Origin: the human T2T-CHM13v2.0 reference genome, Homo sapiens
Reading direction: 5' to 3' (one strand)
Assembly (NCBI RefSeq): GCF_009914755.1
Contig: NC_060934.1
Length of the DNA stretch: 64,000 nt
The notes under the pieces were generated by a model, which saw only the letters and a program-made list of their open reading frames with translations, searched no databases and was not told where the DNA came from. This document shows positions 63,785-64,000 of the stretch, piece by piece (positions within the stretch are counted from its first letter, which is position 1; each line of letters begins with the position of its first letter). The position numbers were made by a program, and so were the translations under genes.

Positions 63785-64000
63785 TGGGAGCCATTATTTT
63801 GACAAAGGCACTGAGGCTTTAGCAGTAAGAAAGAAAAGAGCCTTGAAATAGAAACATATAAATCTATCTAAGAGGTGGCAGCAAAAACAATCAATGATAG
63901 ATTTTGGCTTATATGGATTTTGCTGCTCATCTATAAGAAGGTAAGATCAGTGTCAGTTATACTATCTACTATGGTAGATTCACAGCCTCTTATGATGACA

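Overview
Human genomic DNA (a young AluYa5 is present), AT-rich and repeat-dense, with no intact protein-coding gene. The only gene-derived feature is a complete, intronless, disabled TRAF6 retrocopy on the minus strand (36148-38356, TRAF6P1-type). It retains a CpG-rich 5'UTR and a short proximal-poly(A) 3'UTR, and a CCAAT-rich solo LTR faces it from downstream. The rest is Alu (AluS, AluY, AluYa5, a free monomer), old L1s (mostly minus strand), L2, MIR, solo LTRs, hAT DNA-transposon relics and microsatellites. Nearly all listed ORFs are repeat-derived or chance. The most unusual structure is a ~400-bp insertion in an old L1 (18788-19189) built from at least six fragments copied from both strands of the surrounding ~2.4 kb, with hairpins at two junctions. 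It looks like a fixed germline template-switching repair product. Several smaller fold-back and stutter scars occur elsewhere. Repeat subfamily names come from recalled consensus motifs, not a database search, and boundaries of old repeats are approximate.
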